A stretch of 64,000 nt of DNA from an uncultured Candidatus Saccharibacteria bacterium (GCA_964514375.1 CAZEQH010000001.1:17303-81302), one strand, 5' to 3'. Numbered from the stretch's first letter, positions 33,617 through 42,480 are shown. Numbers and translations: made by a program. The notes: a model not told the origin generated them from the letters alone.

Positions 33617-35089
33617 TCAGGTGACCCAGTATTTCTTTTTGGTCATCTGGTCTCTTTTTATTTCAATTTTTTCGATGTATTTGCGGGCCGCAAAAGCAGC
33701 AGAGGAAAGTTCTTTAGCAGGCAGCCCACCCATTTCCTTAACCATTTTTCTAAGAAAACTCCTCTTATTGCTTTTCGGTTCTTTCAAAACTTCACTAAGC
33801 AGGATGTCCAGTATCTGGCCTACGGCAGGCCCCTCCTTTATGTCCATCATTTTCATTACCTCGTGGCCGTCGATTTTAAGCATCCTAGTTGAAATAGGAT
33901 CTTGGGCAACCTTGTCTATCACATACTTCATATGTCTGAGCTTGTATGGTTCAGCCTTGGGAACCCCTGAGCCGATTCTATCGGCCATCCTGACTTGAAG
34001 AAGTTCTTCCATATTCTCTGATCCCACCTGCCTTACCAATCTTCTGACGGAACTTTTTCCGACTTCTTCCGGATTATAATAAAAAAGGTGATACCTTACC
34101 AGTTTTACTATCTTTTCTGCGTCCTTTTTAGGAAATTTCAACCGGTTTAAGATGCGGGCCGTTATCCTGGCTCCGACTATCTCGTGTCCGTAGAAGGTAG
34201 CCTCTTTTCCCTTGCCTCTTTTACTTTTGGGCTTTCCTATGTCGTGCAAGAGAGCAGCCAACCTTACATGCTGGTTAAAATCCCTTTTGGCAGCGTAATC
34301 CAGGGAGCGCACGGAATGCTCATAGCAGTCGTATATATGATGTTTGCTCTGCGATATCCCGCGGCTTTCTTCTAATTCCGGGATAATATAGCGGAGCAGG
34401 TTCAATTTTCTTAATAGCTCTATGCCCTCAGCGGCTCTTTCCGACATGACAATTTTTACCAATTCATCCCTTATCCTTTCTTTAGAGATGTCTTTCAGGA
34501 GCTGTGAATTATTTTTAATGGCCTGATAAGTTTTGTCCTCTATTTTCCAGCCGCGGCCGAGCTTGACCGCAAATCTGACAGCTCTCATCATCCTTAGGGC
34601 GTCTTCCGAAAATCTTTCTTCGGGAGTCCCGACTGCCTTGATTATCCTATTTTTGATATCTCTCTGTCCTCCGAATGGGTCGATAAGCTTTTTCTTTCTC
34701 TCACTAGGTTCTTCCCAGCCTATGGCTATGGCATTGACGGTGAAATCTCTCCTGGACAAATCCTCTTCTATGGTTTTAGCGAAGGTAACTTTATCGGGAT
34801 GGCGCTTGTCGGCATACTGGGTTTCCAGCCGGTAAGTGGTAACATCGATCTCCCGCAGTCTGTCGTCCTGGCTGCCGGTTTGGACGGTCACCGTAAAAAA
34901 CCTGTTTTTATAGTAGCTTTTGGTAAATATCTTTTGTATTTGCGAAGGCCGGGCGTTGGTGGCAATGTCCCAATCCTCAGGTTCTGCACGGCTTAAAAAA
35001 TCTCTCACGCACCCGCCCACCACATATCCTTCAAATCCTGATTTCTTCAGTTTGCGGAGTACTGATTTTATTTCTTTGGGAAGCTCCAT
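33617..35089 (-). CDS. cca: CCA-adding tRNA nucleotidyltransferase with HD domain
   Basis: GYVVGGCVRDFL, DWDIAT, TYR, RRDFTVNA head-domain motifs plus LLHDIGK HD domain. 490 aa. Confidence 0.9.
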   Translation of the reverse strand: MELPKEIKSVLRKLKKSGFEGYVVGGCVRDFLSRAEPEDWDIATNARPSQIQKIFTKSYYKNRFFTVTVQTGSQDDRLREIDVTTYRLETQYADKRHPDKVTFAKTIEEDLSRRDFTVNAIAIGWEEPSERKKKLIDPFGGQRDIKNRIIKAVGTPEERFSEDALRMMRAVRFAVKLGRGWKIEDKTYQAIKNNSQLLKDISKERIRDELVKIVMSERAAEGIELLRKLNLLRYIIPELEESRGISQSKHHIYDCYEHSVRSLDYAAKRDFNQHVRLAALLHDIGKPKSKRGKGKEATFYGHEIVGARITARILNRLKFPKKDAEKIVKLVRYHLFYYNPEEVGKSSVRRLVRQVGSENMEELLQVRMADRIGSGVPKAEPYKLRHMKYVIDKVAQDPISTRMLKIDGHEVMKMMDIKEGPAVGQILDILLSEVLKEPKSNKRSFLRKMVKEMGGLPAKELSSAAFAARKYIEKIEIKRDQMTKKKYWVT

Positions 35090-35181
35090 ACAACTTGATT
35101 CTATATAAATTTATTGTTTTTTTCAATTTCTTTGATAAACTGGGAACAACAGTTTCAGATTCCTGGAATTGCTTAAATTCC

Positions 35182-35253
35182 GCCCCCGTAGCTTAATGGA
35201 TAAAGTTCTGGTCTTCGGAACCAGCGATGAGGGTTCGACTCCTTCCGGGGGCA
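35182..35253 (+). tRNA. tRNA-Arg (UCG), CCA not encoded
   Basis: Acceptor GCCCCCG/CGGGGGC, anticodon stem CTGGT/ACCAG with loop CTTCGGA, T-arm GAGGG-TTCGACT-CCTTC. Confidence 0.85.
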
Positions 35254-35289
35254 CCCTTCGACTCGCTTCGCTCTCTCAGGGTAAACCCC
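35254..35289 (+). repeat. tRNA 3-prime trailer repeat (CCTTCGAC type)
   Basis: CCCTTCGACTCGCTTCGCTCTCTCAGGGTAAACCCC immediately after the tRNA-Arg discriminator. Confidence 0.6.
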
Positions 35290-35315
35290 TTTACTGAAAC
35301 TACGGGGCGTAAGGA

Positions 35316-35344
35316 TTGATAAAACAATTCTAAAAAGTTAAAAT
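35316..35344 (+). promoter_or_regulatory. Sigma70-like promoter positioned for a leaderless transcript of the 338-aa gene
   Basis: TTGATA (35316-35321), 17-nt spacer, TAAAAT (35339-35344). The ATG is at 35351, 7 nt after the -10, with no Shine-Dalgarno. Confidence 0.5.
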
Positions 35345-35350
35345 AAAATA

Positions 35351-36367
35351 ATGATAAAACTGCCTAATATTTTAATATTTATCTTGCTGGTTTTTCTCAT
35401 AGTTCCCTCGGGCGCGGGAGCCCTTTGCGAGGGGCCGATAGTACCCTGCGGGAGGGAGGGTACTCCGGAGTGCTCGGTTTGTCATCTTTTCGAGCTTTTT
35501 AATAATGTTCTTGAGTTTCTGCTGACCTGTCTGGTTCCCATTATTGGTGTTTTTATGCTGGTGTTAGGAGGCTTTTATTTTCTTTTTTCAGGTTCCAGTC
35601 CTGCCATGATGAATCAGGCCAGGTCTATTTTCACAGCCGCTTTGATAGGCATTATCATTATTTTTTCTTCCTGGGTGGTGCTGAATACCTTTCTGAGCAC
35701 CATCGGGGTGGCAGAGTGGACCGGGCTGGATTCCGGCTGGTGGCAGATTAACTGCGTTTATAACTCTGGTGACGACGGAGACGGCGGCGATGGTGACGAC
35801 GGAGACGGCGGAGACATTGACGATACCGGAACGCCCGGTGCCTGCTGCGGGGAATGTATGAGATGGAACGCTGCCGGTGACAGCTGCAACGTGCCCTTAA
35901 AAACTAATTGGGGTTACGCCGAATGCGCCTGCACGGGACCAAACAGGGCGTGCATTATGGGAGAGTGCGTCACCTGTGACGGGAAAATATTTTCAGACGG
36001 CTGCGGCGGTTGCACTAATCAGAAAGGCGCCGAAGATTCAGAGTTTGTTTGCTGGAGGGAGGCGGGCTCGGGGCAGTCCTGCAGTTCCTTCTGTTCAGCT
36101 TTCGGAGGCGACTGCGCTTCAGGTACCTGGGACGACAATACCAGTTGCGGTGTGTGCAGGGCTTTTCATCCGGCTACTCACAGCGCAAACTGCGATGGCT
36201 CCGGTAGCAGTGGTGCCCCGTATACAGATAAGGCGTCCAATATCTGGGGAGAGACGTGGTATAACTGCCGTTACAGAGAGTCCCAGCTTTGGGTTTCAAG
36301 CGGCGCTCTGTCCTGCGGTGCCGGGCCGGGAAGCGGTAACAGGCGTTTCTGTGTTTGTGCAGAATAG
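35351..36367 (+). CDS. Pilin-module family member with the two-helix module at the N-terminus, Asp/Gly linker and Cys-rich C-terminal domain
   Basis: Signal/TM segment, CxxC, helix-SGSSPAMMNQARS-helix module as in 56176-59164. DGDGGDGDDGDGGD linker. ~170-aa Cys-rich tail. Confidence 0.7.
   Translation: MIKLPNILIFILLVFLIVPSGAGALCEGPIVPCGREGTPECSVCHLFELFNNVLEFLLTCLVPIIGVFMLVLGGFYFLFSGSSPAMMNQARSIFTAALIGIIIIFSSWVVLNTFLSTIGVAEWTGLDSGWWQINCVYNSGDDGDGGDGDDGDGGDIDDTGTPGACCGECMRWNAAGDSCNVPLKTNWGYAECACTGPNRACIMGECVTCDGKIFSDGCGGCTNQKGAEDSEFVCWREAGSGQSCSSFCSAFGGDCASGTWDDNTSCGVCRAFHPATHSANCDGSGSSGAPYTDKASNIWGETWYNCRYRESQLWVSSGALSCGAGPGSGNRRFCVCAE
35768..35815 (+). repeat. Two copies of a 24-nt tandem repeat inside the CDS
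   Basis: GGTGACGACGGAGACGGCGG occurs at 35768 and 35792. It encodes the Asp/Gly linker. Confidence 0.8.
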
Positions 36368-36411
36368 GTGCGACAAACAAAAGGTTGAAAAAACAATAAA
36401 TTATTAAAAAT

Positions 36412-36783
36412 ATGCTTTTTATAGAAACTTCACCGGATCCCGCTCACTATAATCACCAGCAAGAGCACGCTGGAGAGGAAAGGAAGGGATCACAAAAGGA
36501 TCAAGACTTTGAGGAAAACAAGGCTATCACCATATTGAGTTATCTCGGCATTCTCTGTCTGGTGCCTCTGCTGCTGAAGAAAGACAGCAGGTTCGCCAAA
36601 TTTCACGCCAAACAGGGTCTAATCCTGACCATAGGCTGGTTTTTTGTGGGTTTCCCCTTTATCGGATGGATTCTTTGGGCCGTACTGACCATTTTTTCCT
36701 TATGGGGTATCGTTAACGTACTAAACGGAAAGTATGTCGCTTTGCCCGTCATAGGAGATCTGGCTGCGAAAATCAACATCTAA
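36412..36783 (+). CDS. Small membrane protein (DUF4870-like)
   Basis: ILSYLGILCLVPLLLKKDS...AKFHAKQGL... pattern with three TM helices. 123 aa. Confidence 0.5.
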   Translation: MLFIETSPDPAHYNHQQEHAGEERKGSQKDQDFEENKAITILSYLGILCLVPLLLKKDSRFAKFHAKQGLILTIGWFFVGFPFIGWILWAVLTIFSLWGIVNVLNGKYVALPVIGDLAAKINI

Positions 36784-36811
36784 CGGTCTTAATCGATTAA
36801 GTAGATTGCTG

Positions 36812-36839
36812 AAAGCTCCGCAAGGTGGCGGAGCTTTTA
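36812..36839 (+). terminator. Intrinsic terminator
   Basis: AAAGCTCCGC-AAGGTG-GCGGAGCTTT followed by T. Confidence 0.7.
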
Positions 36840-36940
36840 AAGAAAATTAATTTTCTGATAGAATGAAGAAAGAGAAAGAAAAAATTAGCGCCGAAAGTAA
36901 CATCTGCATTTTTTAAAATTTCGCCAAGTTTAAAACATAC

Positions 36941-37339
36941 ATGAAAAAAGATTTCAACGAGAAATCCCGCCGCGAAGTTTCAAACGAAGAAATAGAAAAA
37001 ATCTATTCAAAGAAGGAGAAAGAGATAGAAGGTAAGGAAGAAATGGAAAAAAGGGAGTTTTTTCAAGAGAAGGAAAAGATGATTTTAGAAAAGCTGGAAG
37101 AAGAGGGGGTCAAGATGAGAATTGATCCTGATTTGGAAGAAGAGGCTGCAGAGAGAGCGGAAGAGATTAAATCGTTAAATAAAAAGGGCAAGATCAGCCG
37201 CCTTCTCAATTTGGCAGAAGAAAAAGGTATTCCTTTTGCCGTAAAAGTTGCCCTCAGCATTAATGACCCTTATACGCTCGATATCTTCCATGATATTATG
37301 GCTCGGGACGAATTTTATAAGAGATTCAGCGGAAAGTAA
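36941..37339 (+). CDS. Acidic coiled-coil protein, unknown function
   Basis: 132 aa, Glu/Lys-rich. Its stop lies 3 nt before the ATPase start. Confidence 0.5.
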   Translation: MKKDFNEKSRREVSNEEIEKIYSKKEKEIEGKEEMEKREFFQEKEKMILEKLEEEGVKMRIDPDLEEEAAERAEEIKSLNKKGKISRLLNLAEEKGIPFAVKVALSINDPYTLDIFHDIMARDEFYKRFSGK

Positions 37340-37342
37340 CCT

Positions 37343-39802
37343 ATGGAATTATTATACGGGACAATCTTTACCTCGGCACTGGTGCTCGCGGCAGTTCTGG
37401 GTTTTTTATTCTTTAAAAAGAGGGAGAAAGAAAAAATTCTGGGAAGCTTTGACATGTCTCTTTTCCGGGTTACCATGCCGAAGTACCGGCTCAAGAAAGA
37501 AGAGGTCTCTGAGAAAGACGAAAAGGCCGTAATCGGCCAGATGGAACAAGTGCTGTCCAATTTCCTGCATCTTAAAAAACCTGGTTTGTTCAACAGCTTA
37601 TTTTCTGGACTGCCGAGGATAGCTTTGGAAATTTCTTCTCAGATTGGAGGCACGGACATTTCTTTCTATACGGCCGTGCCGAGTTATCTGGAGTCTGCCT
37701 TGGAGAAGTATATTCAGGGAATTTACCCTCGTGCCTCAGTAGAAAAAGTCCCTCAAGATTATACTATATTTGAGCCCGCCGGCGTTACTGCGGGCGCTTA
37801 TTTGAAATTAAAGGAAACCGCCCTTTTTCCTATTAATACCTACAGGAATCTTGAAAAGGACCCTTTGTCGTCTATCACCAATTCTTTAAGCAAGATTGCT
37901 CCTGACGAAGGAGCTGCTCTCCAGATAATAATCAAGCCGTCTGCAAAAAGTTTAAAGCATATCGGAGAAAAAGTTCTTAGTAGAATCAGAGAAGGAGGTA
38001 ATGTTAGCAAGGCTATAGCAGAATCTTTCAGGTCACCCTTAGCTTCCGCACTAGCTGAGGTTTTTAAAATTTTTTCCAGTCTGGAAAAAAATAAGAAATA
38101 TGATTCGGTAGCGGAAGACATAAGGAAAAAACAGCTCAATATAGACGAAAACGTAATTAAGGCTATTCAGGATAAAATTCAGAAGCCGGTTTTTGATGTC
38201 AACATAAGAGCCGTCAGTTCCGCCTCCACCGTAGAAAGGGCAAAGGAAATCCTTAATCATCTGGAGGGAGCTTTTTCCCAGTTTTCCCTTTTTGTTAACA
38301 ATGGTTTTGTGTTTCGGGAGACCGAGGGAAGACATTTAAAGAGACTGATTTACGATTTCAGTTTTAGGAATTTTAACCCAGGTCAGGAAGCGATTTTAAA
38401 CGTGGAGGAACTTACCAGTATTTATCACTTTCCCACGCATTTTTCCGAAATCCCCTACGTTAAAGGGCTTAGAAGCGGAGATGCGGCTCCTCCCTTCGAT
38501 CTTCCGGAAAAGGGGTTGAATCTGATAGGCCGGGTCGTTTTCAGAGGAGAAGAAAAAAAAGTATGTTTTGCCGGCAGGGAAGACAGAAGGAGACATTTTT
38601 ATATTATTGGGCAGACCGGAACGGGTAAAAGCGGCCTCTTAAGCGAAGCCATCAGGCAGGATATGGAAAAGGGAGAGGGAATAGCTGTTATTGACCCTCA
38701 CGGTGATTTGGTGGAAAAAACATTGGCTAATGTTCCAGCAGAGAGGATCGAAGACGTGGTTCTTTTTGAACCCTTTGACGTTGAACGTCCGGTGGGATTA
38801 AACATGCTGGAATACAAGACTCCCGGACAAAAAGACTTTGCCGTTCAGGAAATGATTTCCATTTTTCATAAACTCTTCCCTCCTGAAATTATAGGTCCTA
38901 TGTTTGAACATTATATGAGGAACGCCATGCTTACCATCATGTCTGATTCCGGCAGGCCGGGAACGCTGGTGGAAATACCGCGGATGTTTACAGACCAAAG
39001 TTTTATGGAACACAAACTCCAGAAGGTTACAGACCCCCTGGTCAGGAGCTTTTGGCTTAAGGAGTGGAAGCAGACAACGGGCGCTACTAAATCGGATATG
39101 CTGGGATATGTTGTTTCCAAGGTGGGACGCTTTATCGAGAATGAAATGATGAGGAACATCATAGGGCAATCTCATTCCGGCTTTGATTTGGGAAAAATAA
39201 TGGACGAAGGTAAAATTTTTCTGGCCAATCTCTCCAAAGGCATGACAGGGGAAGTAAATGCATCTTTGCTGGGACTAATCCTGGTTTCTAAAATGCAGAT
39301 GGCGTCCATGAGGAGGTCTCAGGTTCCGGAAAAAGACAGAAGGGATTTTTATCTTTATATAGATGAATTCCAGAACTTCACCACAGACAGCATCGCCACC
39401 ATTCTCTCCGAAGCCAGAAAATACAGACTTAATCTTATCCTGGCGCACCAGTATATACCCCAGCTTACTGATGTTATAAGGGACGCTGTTTTAGGCAATG
39501 CGGGCACCATCGCTGCATTCCGGGTAGGGGCGGATGACGCAGAATTTCTTGAAAAACAGTTTGAGCCGGAGTTTTCCCGTTTTGACCTGGTCAACCTGGA
39601 CAACTATAATTTGGTAATAAAAATGATGATAAAGGGCAAGATGTCAGAGCCCTTCAGAATGCAGACTTTTCCTCCGAAGGAAGGTAATACTCAGGCGGTA
39701 GGGAAAATAAGAGAGACCTCCAGGTTAAAGTATGGAAAAGCCAAGGAAGAAGTGGAGGCGGAGATCTTAGAGAATTCAAAATTGGGCCTTATCGAATCTT
39801 GA
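37343..39802 (+). CDS. VirD4/TraD/TraG-like (T4SS coupling-protein-type) membrane-anchored ATPase with a large N-terminal domain
   Basis: N-terminal TM helix. Walker A HFYIIGQTGTGKSGLL...VIDPHGD. Walker B FYLYIDEFQNF. ARKYRLNLILAHQYIPQL and GNAGTIAAFRVGADDAEFL blocks. 819 aa. Confidence 0.75.
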   Translation: MELLYGTIFTSALVLAAVLGFLFFKKREKEKILGSFDMSLFRVTMPKYRLKKEEVSEKDEKAVIGQMEQVLSNFLHLKKPGLFNSLFSGLPRIALEISSQIGGTDISFYTAVPSYLESALEKYIQGIYPRASVEKVPQDYTIFEPAGVTAGAYLKLKETALFPINTYRNLEKDPLSSITNSLSKIAPDEGAALQIIIKPSAKSLKHIGEKVLSRIREGGNVSKAIAESFRSPLASALAEVFKIFSSLEKNKKYDSVAEDIRKKQLNIDENVIKAIQDKIQKPVFDVNIRAVSSASTVERAKEILNHLEGAFSQFSLFVNNGFVFRETEGRHLKRLIYDFSFRNFNPGQEAILNVEELTSIYHFPTHFSEIPYVKGLRSGDAAPPFDLPEKGLNLIGRVVFRGEEKKVCFAGREDRRRHFYIIGQTGTGKSGLLSEAIRQDMEKGEGIAVIDPHGDLVEKTLANVPAERIEDVVLFEPFDVERPVGLNMLEYKTPGQKDFAVQEMISIFHKLFPPEIIGPMFEHYMRNAMLTIMSDSGRPGTLVEIPRMFTDQSFMEHKLQKVTDPLVRSFWLKEWKQTTGATKSDMLGYVVSKVGRFIENEMMRNIIGQSHSGFDLGKIMDEGKIFLANLSKGMTGEVNASLLGLILVSKMQMASMRRSQVPEKDRRDFYLYIDEFQNFTTDSIATILSEARKYRLNLILAHQYIPQLTDVIRDAVLGNAGTIAAFRVGADDAEFLEKQFEPEFSRFDLVNLDNYNLVIKMMIKGKMSEPFRMQTFPPKEGNTQAVGKIRETSRLKYGKAKEEVEAEILENSKLGLIES

Positions 39803-39832
39803 TTTAATATTCTATAGCCAGCTATTTATTAT

Positions 39833-40438
39833 ATGCCGGAACAAACATTCTTCAAGGAACAGGCAGAGTCCTTTATGAAATTCAAGGGTAAGATAAGAGG
39901 CGTTGGATTAAAGAATTACGCAGATTATATTTTTAAGGAAGAGGGAGAGGAAAGTCTTAAAAGAGTGGAAGATGCAACTGCCCGGGTCGGTTATCCCATT
40001 AAGTACGGAATGCTTAAGAGTATGGAATTTTATCCCTTGGGCTATCAGGCCATTACTATCGAGGCTGTCAGGCAAACCTTAGGGTATACGAATGAAAAAT
40101 TCTACGAATTAGGGAATTTTGAACCAAAGGTTTCTTTTATAATCAAACTTTTCCTCAAATATTTTGTATCCCTTGACAGGTTAGCCAAAGAAGCACCCAA
40201 TATGTGGAGGAAGTACTACACTGTGGGGAATATTAAGGTAACGGAGCTGAATAAAGAACAAAATAATCTGGTTATCAGACTGGAAGATTTCCCCTGTCAT
40301 CCTATACAGTGTCACGAAACACTTAGGGGTTATTTTGCCAGGATGGTACAGATGGTGGTAGCGGATGAGGTGATTTCCAAAGAAACCAAATGCGTATTCC
40401 GGGGCGATGACTATCATGAATATTTGATGGAGTGGTAA
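39833..40438 (+). CDS. Paralog family A, member 5
   Basis: GKIRGVGLKNY...FYPLG...MWRKYY...C-terminal CVFRGDDYHEYLMEW. Starts 30 nt after the ATPase stop. Confidence 0.7.
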   Translation: MPEQTFFKEQAESFMKFKGKIRGVGLKNYADYIFKEEGEESLKRVEDATARVGYPIKYGMLKSMEFYPLGYQAITIEAVRQTLGYTNEKFYELGNFEPKVSFIIKLFLKYFVSLDRLAKEAPNMWRKYYTVGNIKVTELNKEQNNLVIRLEDFPCHPIQCHETLRGYFARMVQMVVADEVISKETKCVFRGDDYHEYLMEW

Positions 40439-40462
40439 TCCTAAGGTTATATTATAAAAAAT

Positions 40463-40490
40463 AAAAACAGCCTTCTGCGGCTGTTTTTTT
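40463..40490. terminator. Bidirectional intrinsic terminator between convergent genes
   Basis: AAAAACAGCC-TTCTGC-GGCTGTTTTTTT. Confidence 0.75.
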
Positions 40491-40512
40491 AAACAAAAGC
40501 GTCGCACAGCGT

Positions 40513-41565
40513 CTATATCTTTTCTTCCAGTCTTACCTTAACATTCATGATGCTTCCTTCCCTCAGCACTCTCAACAGCACTTCTTCTCCTATTTTGTGT
40601 TGCTGCAGTATGTCAGCCAAGGGATTGTCTTCATCTATCTTCTGGCTGTTGCATTCCAGTATGATGTCGTATTCTTTAAGCCCGGCTTCGTCTGCAGGGG
40701 AGCCCTTGATAATGGCTTTTTCTCCCAGATTTTCCCTTACTATCAAGGCGCCGTAATCTACGGGCAGCTTATTGGCCTGCGATATTTCCTTGTTGAGTAC
40801 AAAATACCTTACCCCCAGAAAAGGCCTCTTGATTTTCCCGTGTTTCATGACTTCCTCCAGATTCTTCTTGGCGTAATTAATGGGTATGGCAAAGCCGATG
40901 TTTTCCGCTCCCATGACCATGGCGGTATTAATACCGATGGCCTCTCCCCTGATATTGACCAGCGGTCCTCCTGAGTTACCGGGATTAATAGCGGCATCCG
41001 TTTGTATCAGCCCGCGCAGGCTGGTGGCTTTAACGGGGAATCCTCCTCCGTAGGCCTTTATTTTCCTGCTTAACCCGGAAACAATGCCGGAGGAGAGCGT
41101 ATCTTCAAACTCTCCCAACGGGTTTCCTATGGCCACTACGGTTTCGCCCAATTCTATCTGGGTGGAATCGCCCAAAGCAAGATGGGGGAAATTTTTGCCG
41201 GATATCTTCAAAACAGCAATGTCTATCAAGGGGTCTTTAGCCAAGATCTTGGCCGGATATTTCTTAGTTGGTTCTACGATTACCGTATAGTCTGCGGTCG
41301 GATCTTTAATGACGTGATTGCATGTGATGACGTAACCGTCAGACGTGGCGATAAATCCTGACCCTCCCCCTATTTTAGTCCTCTGCTTGCCCCCTTTTTT
41401 CTGTATCTGGGGTATGACAAACTGCTGTCCTTCGAAAGGAAATAAATAATATCCCTCCACTTTAGGAAGGTCTTTGGAAACAACGATGGTAATGACAGAC
41501 GGGCAGACTTTTTTTGCTATTTCTACTATAGGAGACTTTGACTGCATACAATAAAATTGTAACAT
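40513..41565 (-). CDS. htrA: HtrA/DegP-family serine protease with one PDZ domain
   Basis: Triad context TCNHVI, DIAVLK, GNSGGPLVN. C-terminal PDZ (GALIV...GSPADEAGLKEYDII). Confidence 0.9.
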   Translation of the reverse strand: MLQFYCMQSKSPIVEIAKKVCPSVITIVVSKDLPKVEGYYLFPFEGQQFVIPQIQKKGGKQRTKIGGGSGFIATSDGYVITCNHVIKDPTADYTVIVEPTKKYPAKILAKDPLIDIAVLKISGKNFPHLALGDSTQIELGETVVAIGNPLGEFEDTLSSGIVSGLSRKIKAYGGGFPVKATSLRGLIQTDAAINPGNSGGPLVNIRGEAIGINTAMVMGAENIGFAIPINYAKKNLEEVMKHGKIKRPFLGVRYFVLNKEISQANKLPVDYGALIVRENLGEKAIIKGSPADEAGLKEYDIILECNSQKIDEDNPLADILQQHKIGEEVLLRVLREGSIMNVKVRLEEKI

Positions 41566-41646
41566 AAAAGATTATTGTCAACAATAAATAAATCTGCTAT
41601 TATATTCTTGAACTTTAATGTCTGTTTTCTTTTTCGGAGAGAGGCA

Positions 41647-41721
41647 GTCCCCGTAGTTTAACGGATAAAACAGTGGCCTCCTAAGCCGCGGATGGAGGTT
41701 CGATTCCCCCCGGGGACACCA
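41647..41721 (+). tRNA. tRNA-Arg (CCU), CCA encoded
   Basis: Acceptor GTCCCCG/CGGGGAC, anticodon stem GTGGC/GCCGC with loop CTCCTAA, 3-prime ACCA. One A-C mismatch in the T-stem. Confidence 0.8.
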
Positions 41722-41760
41722 GGTTGCTCCGCAACCCAGCAATTCAGCAAAACTGAATGC

Positions 41761-41837
41761 GGGCCCATAGCTCAGCTGGCCAGAGCGTCGGTATGGCATA
41801 CCGAAGGTCGTGGGTTCAAGTCCCACTGGGTCCACCA
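41761..41837 (+). tRNA. tRNA-Ala (GGC), CCA encoded
   Basis: Acceptor GGGCCCA/TGGGTCC with G3:U70, anticodon stem TCGGT/ACCGA with loop ATGGCAT, T-arm GTGGG-TTCAAGT-CCCAC. Confidence 0.9.
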
Positions 41838-41898
41838 CTTCGCTCCTTCACTTTGTTTTGGAGCTTCGCGGCGCAAGCACAGTGTGATTTACAGGTTG

Positions 41899-42204
41899 AT
41901 GGTATCAGAGAAAATAAGAAGTGGTGTCCCGCGGAGCTATAGAATACAGCGAAGTGGGGCAATAGTCTCTTATGTATATATATTAAAGAGCCAAAGAGAC
42001 AATAGTCACTATATTGGAGTAACCGGAGATTTAAAAAGAAGAATTCAGGAACATAATTCAGCCTCAGTAAAATCTTCTAGGTTAAAACGCCCTCACAGAT
42101 TAATTTGGTATTGTGTTTTTAAAAATAAAGGAAAGGCATATAATTTTGAAAAATATCTGAAATCCAGCTCTGGTTACGCTTTTTCTAAAAAGAGATTTCT
42201 ATAA
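41899..42204 (+). CDS. Small GIY-YIG nuclease family protein embedded in the tRNA cluster
   Basis: YVYILKSQRDNSHYIGVTGDLKRRIQEHN...E.YLK pattern. The track ORF start (41692) runs through two tRNAs. First ATG after them is 41899; the true start is uncertain. Confidence 0.7.
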   Translation: MVSEKIRSGVPRSYRIQRSGAIVSYVYILKSQRDNSHYIGVTGDLKRRIQEHNSASVKSSRLKRPHRLIWYCVFKNKGKAYNFEKYLKSSSGYAFSKKRFL

Positions 42205-42223
42205 CTGTCTGCGCAGCAGACGA

Positions 42224-42295
42224 GCCGCGGTAGCTCAGTGGTGGAGCGTCTCTCTGAAAAAGAGAAGGTCGGTGGTTCAATTCCACTCCGCGGCA
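42224..42295 (+). tRNA. tRNA-Phe (GAA), CCA not encoded
   Basis: Acceptor GCCGCGG/CCGCGGC, anticodon stem TCTCT/AGAGA with loop CTGAAAA, T-arm GGTGG-TTCAATT-CCACT. Confidence 0.85.
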
Positions 42296-42405
42296 CAGGA
42301 CATTGTTATTCGCCTAAGGCTGGGGCTCGCGAAGCAGGTAGCGGGCTTGCCTCGCCGAAGCTAGCCGCCGCCTCTGCCGGCTGGCGGAGGCTAAGGCGAA
42401 CGAAG
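42296..42405 (+). repeat. GC-rich tRNA-flanking repeat (5-prime flank type), copy 2
   Basis: GGTAGCGGGCTTGCCTCGCCGAAGC...GGAGGCTAAGGCGAACGAAGG abuts the tRNA-Gly(GCC) 5-prime end, as copy 1 abuts tRNA-Gly(UCC). Confidence 0.65.
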
Positions 42406-42480
42406 GCGGGTGTAGTATAACGGCTAGTACATAACCTTGCCAAGGTTACGGCGAGGGTTCGACTCCCTTCACCCGCTCCA
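42406..42480 (+). tRNA. tRNA-Gly (GCC), CCA encoded
   Basis: Acceptor GCGGGTG/CACCCGC, anticodon stem TAACC/GGTTA with loop TTGCCAA, 3-prime TCCA. Confidence 0.9.

Noticed and set aside
20573-33619. Possible alternative genetic code (UGA recoding as in some CPR lineages)
   Set aside because: TGA terminates conserved genes at sensible positions (FabK-type gene at 20573-20575, cca at 33617-33619). No conserved ORF appears to need read-through of an in-frame TGA, so the standard code fits.
41692-41898. N-terminal 69 codons of track ORF 41692-42204, plus ORFs 41578-41838 (-), 41757-41942 (+) and 42238-42420 (+)
   Set aside because: They read straight through well-folded tRNA genes and GC-rich repeats. 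Only the GIY-YIG core downstream of 41899 looks like real coding sequence.
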